From positions 4,154,001 to 4,218,000 of the forward strand of contig CM074808.1 of assembly GCA_037447605.1 (NCBI GenBank): a stretch of DNA of 64,000 nt, in the 5' to 3' direction. Each line of letters starts with the position of its first letter. Position 1 is the stretch's first letter. The notes beneath the pieces are model-generated. The model did no database searches and was not told where the DNA came from. It saw only the letters and a program-made list of their open reading frames with translations. Shown in pieces: positions 58,472-64,000 of this stretch. The position numbers were made by a program, and so were the translations under genes. This stretch comes from Zygnema circumcarinatum SAG 698-1b (taxonomy: Eukaryota; Plantae; Zygnematophyceae).

Positions 58472-61400
58472 ATGGCGACGCCCAGTAACTGGTACAAGCG
58501 GCCCGCCTACGGCTACGCCAAGCAGTTCAAACTCGCCTCCGTCCTGCAGAACCTGCAAGGTCAGTCAGTCCAAGTCATGCAACGGCAGCAAAGACTGGCA
58601 TTCTGGCGGCGGCAGGCATGCACCCTGCTCCGAGGGAGGATTGGAGAGCCCGGGAGTTTCCGTGCAGGAGGTCTCATGGTTGGCTGTACAAGGTCTTTCC
58701 CCTCGAAATGATCGATTTTCATTAGTTAGTATATGGCTTGCAGCATATCGAGCTGCCAGCGGAGAGGCTATCGAGGGGGATGCGCTCGGCTCTACTGATA
58801 GCGTGCACTATCAGCAATCAGCAGGTCAGACCTTTTGATACTCCTTATTGAATCTCCCTTTTCAAAGTCGGAAACGCATATATGTTCTTATGTGTTTGTT
58901 TTTTTAATCAAACATGTCATCCTTCACTTTAGCAATTTTTTGCGCTGCTGAGCGATTTTTCGAAAGGAATTGTGTTATTGATCTGTTATTCTCAATTCCA
59001 GATGGTCCACTTTATTTTCAGTAGTTCTAGAATAATTGTGATTGATCATGGAGCAGCCATGCAACTAGACAGTCCCAAGAAGAATACATGAACATCATTT
59101 TGGGAAGCGTCACGTTTTTTTTTGCGGCGCGCGTCAGTGCGCACGTCTTCCAAACACATTCATACGAGAAGAAAAACGCAAAAGTGACTGTGTGACATAT
59201 TGCCTTGCCCTGAAGACACCATGCTTGTTCAACCGCAGCCAGAGTTGTTCGCTGTTACTTTGATGCAACCACTGCATGTCGCAACATCAGTCGGTCGTTA
59301 GCCAACCCCTAAAGTGGTGCAATAGTGACATCTCCATGCCGCAGTTCCTGATGTGGCCAGCGGAAGTAGGAGGCGCCTTCCAGGTGCCCTGGAAGGGGGA
59401 CCCTTGAAGAAACTGCAGAAGAGGTAAGTGAGATTTCACTTGGCTGTTTTAGCTCGGCTCCGTGATGTTAAGGCTTGCGAAACTAGGGCCTGCATTGGCA
59501 GTTATAATTCCTATCGAGTCAATTGTGCATCAGAGAGTGAACGCACAGCGTTCTTGAGTGTGGGCTAACTGCCGCCTTCACATGCCATACACTTGGACAT
59601 TCTAGTGTTCTCTTTCATGGCCAAAGAGTGAAACCATGTTCTTGGTATAGATTGAAAGTGTGAAATTGTCTCTGTTTGTGACTGGACTTGGCGTTGCAAA
59701 TTATAAATTGGGCATCAATCTGACTTGAAAAACTCGGGGATGTGCCTTTACATGGGCTGTCACAGGCAGAACCATATCTTTACGCAAAGAAGGAGGGAGG
59801 GAAAGAGTGCTTCCGTGGACGTACCAAATCTGTCGTCAGCACAACCGTTGGTATGCTTTGTCTGTTCTCAAAGGACATAATGGCCATCTGTGAAGGGACA
59901 GAGAGGAGTTTAAGGCAGCGATTCAGGAATCGGCGCAGGTTTTGTTCACGACTGCTACGAGGCTTATTTGGCAGACATTTGACACTTATGTGCAGTAACT
60001 CTTGTTCAAGGTGCATATGCGCATTCCTTACTCTTCGTTGCGAAGTCGCTCACTTTCAATGCATCGTACAGGTGGCCAGTGTGATCGGTTTCAAACCCTA
60101 TGAAGAAGATGCAAGCGTGCGGCAGCCCCATGTTTTAGGCCTGCCGTACGGTGACGACAGCGATTCATCTGTGGAAGACAAAGCCATCAACTCTGGTGTG
60201 GAGGGTTCAGATAGCGCAGCTGAACCAGCCAAAGAAGGGGAGCTGCCAGCATTGCAGAAAGGCAGGTGGGATCATTTTTGGGATCAACTAATCTCGCAAC
60301 TTTAGGGCTCTCACGTCTTTTTCAAAGAAGCACGAGATGTTCATTATGAGGTGGATCGATGGATGCTGGCACCGGAAGCAGTGCTGTTGCTGAGAGTGGA
60401 CAATGTGGAGATGCGGGTGGCAATCGCGCGTATGCGGCATGCAAGGTTGCAGCTGCTCACTCATTCCCTCTCTCTGTGTGTACCATACTAGCTTTTAGAC
60501 AGTCGTCGCTTTGTGTCTGGTTCCTTACCATCCCTCCCTCGTTAGTCTTAGCCTAGAATGTCAATGGCATTGAGCTTCATTTCATCATGTGATTATCTTG
60601 GAAATCGGGTTTCTCCTTTCTAATATCATCCGGAGCGATGAAATAACTTTACTTGACTTTTGATGAAGAGCACACTACATGGCCTGTTATCTGTCTTGGG
60701 GCGTCTGTGGAGACCCTATCTCTGTCTCAGTGCTTTTCCGTGACCTGGGTGATGTGGTTGTTTTATCAGACTGCTGAAGTATTGAAGTGGCGAAAGGATC
60801 AACGTTTCCCTGCACCAGATGAACCTGCTTGTGTTATATGTGGACGGTATGGGGAGTACATCTGTGATAAGGTAGAGCTCTTCACGCGATTGTGAAGCAA
60901 TCGTGTATGATTAATTTTAAAGCTGATAGCTTTTTTTTTGAATCCCTCCAATAGAACCACATCTTTGGTGTACTTACTAGAGCATAGCACAATATCTTGG
61001 GCTCCTATGTGTAGTTAGGAAGTACCCGTTTGGTGTTGTCTGCGTGGCATCCAGACATGGAATGGAATCCATTGGAAACAAGAGCAATTAGTGTTTACGT
61101 AGAGCATGGTGGAGTCAGTGAGCCTGCTCTCAGTTCTTGGAAAGTGGATAATGATGCGTGGGTAAGCGTATGGATGCAAGCAGACAGACGCGGACGTGTG
61201 CAGTTTGGAGTGCAAAGCAGCGCACCTGCAGGAGCAAGAGAAGTGGAAGGCACGAAGGCTCCACTCTTAACTATAGCTTCTAGAGTGGCTTTCTTCGTAG
61301 GCATCCAGACTAGCTTGCTGATAGTGCCGTCTGATAAAGCTGGAATGTTCCGCAGGTTTCAAACAAATCCACGCACTCTTTCGTGTTGCCGACTCCCGAC

Positions 61401-63065
61401 AAAGGAGCCCTTAACCTTCCAGAAGCAGAGCCAGAACAATGGGACATGGAGAAAGCAGTCTGGTGCAGCAGGAGCAGCAGTCTTTCAACTTATCGATGGT
61501 ATGTAACCGCTTGAATATCACATAGCTCCCTGCAAGGCGCTGCTCCATTCAGCAACAACTGGCTGCAAGCTATGGAAGCAGCTCCTGCACGGGTACAGCG
61601 GCACCTCGGGCCTTGTTAGACTCAACATTTTGCAGCTGCTGAGGATGGCGGTCTGCACTGCGGGGCAGCTGGAAGTGCGGGCTGGCGGGCCATTCGGCAG
61701 TCGACTGCACGCGGGCCTATGGCGCTGCTGCGGCCTCTCCCGCAGAGCCAGGACGCTATCAGGTGCTGCTCTGCTGCTGCTGGCAATTCACCCGTGTAGC
61801 TACTGCGAAAGTAGTTTAAACACAAGAAATCGTGAACCCGATTAAGTGCAACCATGTCGTGATTAATTCCAGTTGCGTTGACATTTTTTTTGTCCATTTT
61901 TACTTCTTCACTCTTCTCCTCCTTCGCCAAATCAACGATGCTTTGGTTACTTGGCGGGCACCAGAGTTGAGAAAATTGTATTTTCTGTAGCTTGCAGACA
62001 ATTCTGTACTTAGACAGGTGCATAACCTGGTGGCCTTTTGCCATGTTAGTGTGCTGCACGAAAATTGAGAAACGTTCCGTTGTAATTTGCTTGAAATGCA
62101 AAACCAACATATAGCATTCATGTGTGCAAAATGCCAAGTCTGCGTCAGCGTGTGTATGGACACACTCACAGTTGTATGCCTGGACATACTATCATGAATG
62201 GTTTGGGGCTCTTGAAGTTTTAGGTCGAGGAATGTTGTAGAATGAGAGCAATGAGTAGAATACGTGAAATTCCTGCATGGATGCACGCCTGTAGCTACAG
62301 GAGTTACGAAAGTCAGTCAATCGACAGTCAGTATTCAAGCACATCCGTCTGCCGGCTTGAGTACTTAGCTCCTGACTCGTTTCATACATCAGCATGGAAC
62401 TGCTTTGTTTGGTCGACTTTCTCTTCATGTATATTTTAGTCCAAAATCGTAACCACTGTCCTCTCGCTTGCTGCTTTATTAGCACCTGACATCCTTCCTG
62501 ACCCAATATCTTTCCTTTTGTGCAGGTGTCTCTTCCTGGATCAGAGGATGGCAGAGGGGGACTCAGCATGTATACAGCGGAAATGCGCGCGATGTATCAC
62601 AGGTTGATCTCTGGAATTGTCCGTGAAGCGTGTTGATCCATAACCATCTTGTTTAGTGTTGGATTAGCTATTTGTTTTGTTTTATTTTATTTTATTTTCC
62701 ATTTGTTGTCTTCTCGTCTCCATTCATATCAAAAAATTGCATTTACTATTTCAATGACAGAAAGGGATTTGAAATTTATATTACGATGCATAATTCCAAT
62801 TCATCCTTGCTAAACTCCTAAGTTTGAGAGCTGATTGGTACCTTCACCAAAAAGTTATGGCGACTCATGAGATAGTACAGACAAACCAGCGATGCGTGGT
62901 TGTCATGAGAAAGAGACAGTTGGTCAAGCCTGACTTGTCATCAACCTGTATGGTGAGCAGGTGCCAGAAACTTCAGGCTGCTGCCGCCTCTGCCAGATGT
63001 GTGGTTTGCCAGAAGCGCTCCAACCTGGCGCACTGCATTGACTGTGATAGAGCATTTTGCGACGG
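58472..63065 (+). CDS. Conserved plant multi-zinc-finger protein of unknown function (zf-HIT-like plus further Cys/His fingers); 3' part lost in gap
   Basis: Exon 1 [29 protein letters not shown]; [15 protein letters not shown] (~60070-60260); [25 protein letters not shown] (~60770-60870); MRAMYHR|[34 protein letters not shown] (62961-63065). This recalls land-plant proteins beginning MGTRTNFYKNPS..SVLQNL (from memory). Confidence 0.75.
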
Positions 63066-63275
63066 GTGAGCTTTTCGTGACTCTTCTGCCTTGAGCACGT
63101 CTACGAGATCAAACCGACAGTATCGTCTCCTCCTCCTCACGNNNNNNNNNNCATGGTAGTTTAATGTTGTTAATGATAATGTATAATGTTAGTTCATTAT
63201 TAAAGTGAGGTGCTTACACTATCATGGCGTGTAAACAGGACGCCCCTATTCTGGAAGATTGCAGAGCAAGCTGAC

Positions 63276-63693
63276 CTTATTCAGGTCCACCCATTCCCAG
63301 CTCTCCAAGGGAGTGCCCATGTCATAGAGAAGTCCGTGCTCGCCCTGCAACGAAGATGGATATGTGTTCTAAGGTCAGCTATCGTTCTAGGTGTCCATAG
63401 ACCCACTGACTTACGGAACCATCATCTTGATTAGTAACAGCTAAGTCATCTGAAGGAAAAGCGCAAACTGAGTTTTATTGACTACATAGCAAAGGTAAGC
63501 TCAGAAAACGGAAGAAGCTCTGGAACTACAGTACCGTGTCAGGTCTATAGTCACTGATAACGGACTCATAAAACTGAAAGGTGCCATCTTCCTCCGCCCA
63601 GCGTGTCTTTATCCTCTTCCCTATCCATGGATGTACGGGTTCGTCCACCACTTCATCCGATAATGGTTGCGTGGCTGCACCTGTGGACCGGCC
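63276..63693 (-). CDS. EML: EMSY-like (ENT/Tudor-Agenet) protein, two internal exons; gene continues past the window end
   Basis: 63535-63693 HPWIGKRIKTRWAEEDGTFQFYESVISDYRPDT and 63276-63344 GEHGLLYDMGTPLESWEWVDLNK match the EML Tudor signature IG.+V.TRW.+D..FYE.+I.DY....G.H.L.YD......WEWV.L. Confidence 0.8.
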
Positions 63694-64000
63694 CTGCACA
63701 GCCAACAGGGCTATATACACACTGTTGGAACAAGGAACAGCATCTGAACTCGTGAAATCTAAGCATTTGAAAGCCTCAAATTCTCATTTCAATTCACAAA
63801 ACAATAGTGAATATGTCTAATGACACTCTGCCATCCATCTTCTGATCCCAAAACAGGCTGCGAGTATTCTCCAAACAGTCCTGAATCAAAGCCCTCGAAA
63901 ATTCGTGTGCCAATGAAAAAAACAACTGTACGGCGCCACCTCACTGTCCACGGAAGATCAAAAGCTTTACTTAATTTATATGCGACGAAACGTGCAAATC

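Larger units (their letters stand above)
36382..63151. other. Eight 10-N assembly gaps (36382, 39829, 41321, 44625, 52655, 54914, 57985, 63142)
   Basis: Seen directly. True gap sizes and cross-gap contiguity are unknown. Confidence 1.

Noticed and set aside
60770-60870. DEAD-box helicase RH41/DDX59 call from the [13 protein letters not shown] finger
   Set aside because: No helicase motifs were seen. The N-terminus and downstream Cys-rich exon fit the helicase-free plant zinc-finger protein instead.

Overview
This is eukaryotic, intron-rich nuclear DNA of plant type. A non-seed streptophyte, plausibly a streptophyte alga, is my inference; I cannot fix the species. It is a draft assembly with eight 10-N gaps. 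Bases 0.7-34.4 kb are gene-rich: isoamylase 2 (minus), MKK3 (minus) head-to-head with an intronless PRA1 (+), and a diacylglycerol kinase (minus) head-to-head with an 8-exon gene for a cyanobacterial-type LptF/LptG (YjgP/YjgQ) permease with a transit-peptide-like N-terminus (+). Bases 34.9-58.2 kb are a nested transposon island. It holds a degenerate Gypsy split by a Copia that itself contains a second Gypsy, a young non-autonomous Copia inside a probable LTR, and three families of non-coding DNA elements. It also holds a 1.5-kb foldback and an inverted pair of short-tandem-repeat-rich units, each carrying a tRNA-Cys(GCA)-like cloverleaf. Bases 58.5-64 kb contain a conserved plant multi-zinc-finger gene (+) converging on an EMSY-like gene (minus), with a gap between them. 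The best leads are the putative plastid LptF/G permease beside DGK and the tRNA-like/STR repeat unit. All homology calls come from motif recognition by eye and memory; no searches were run.
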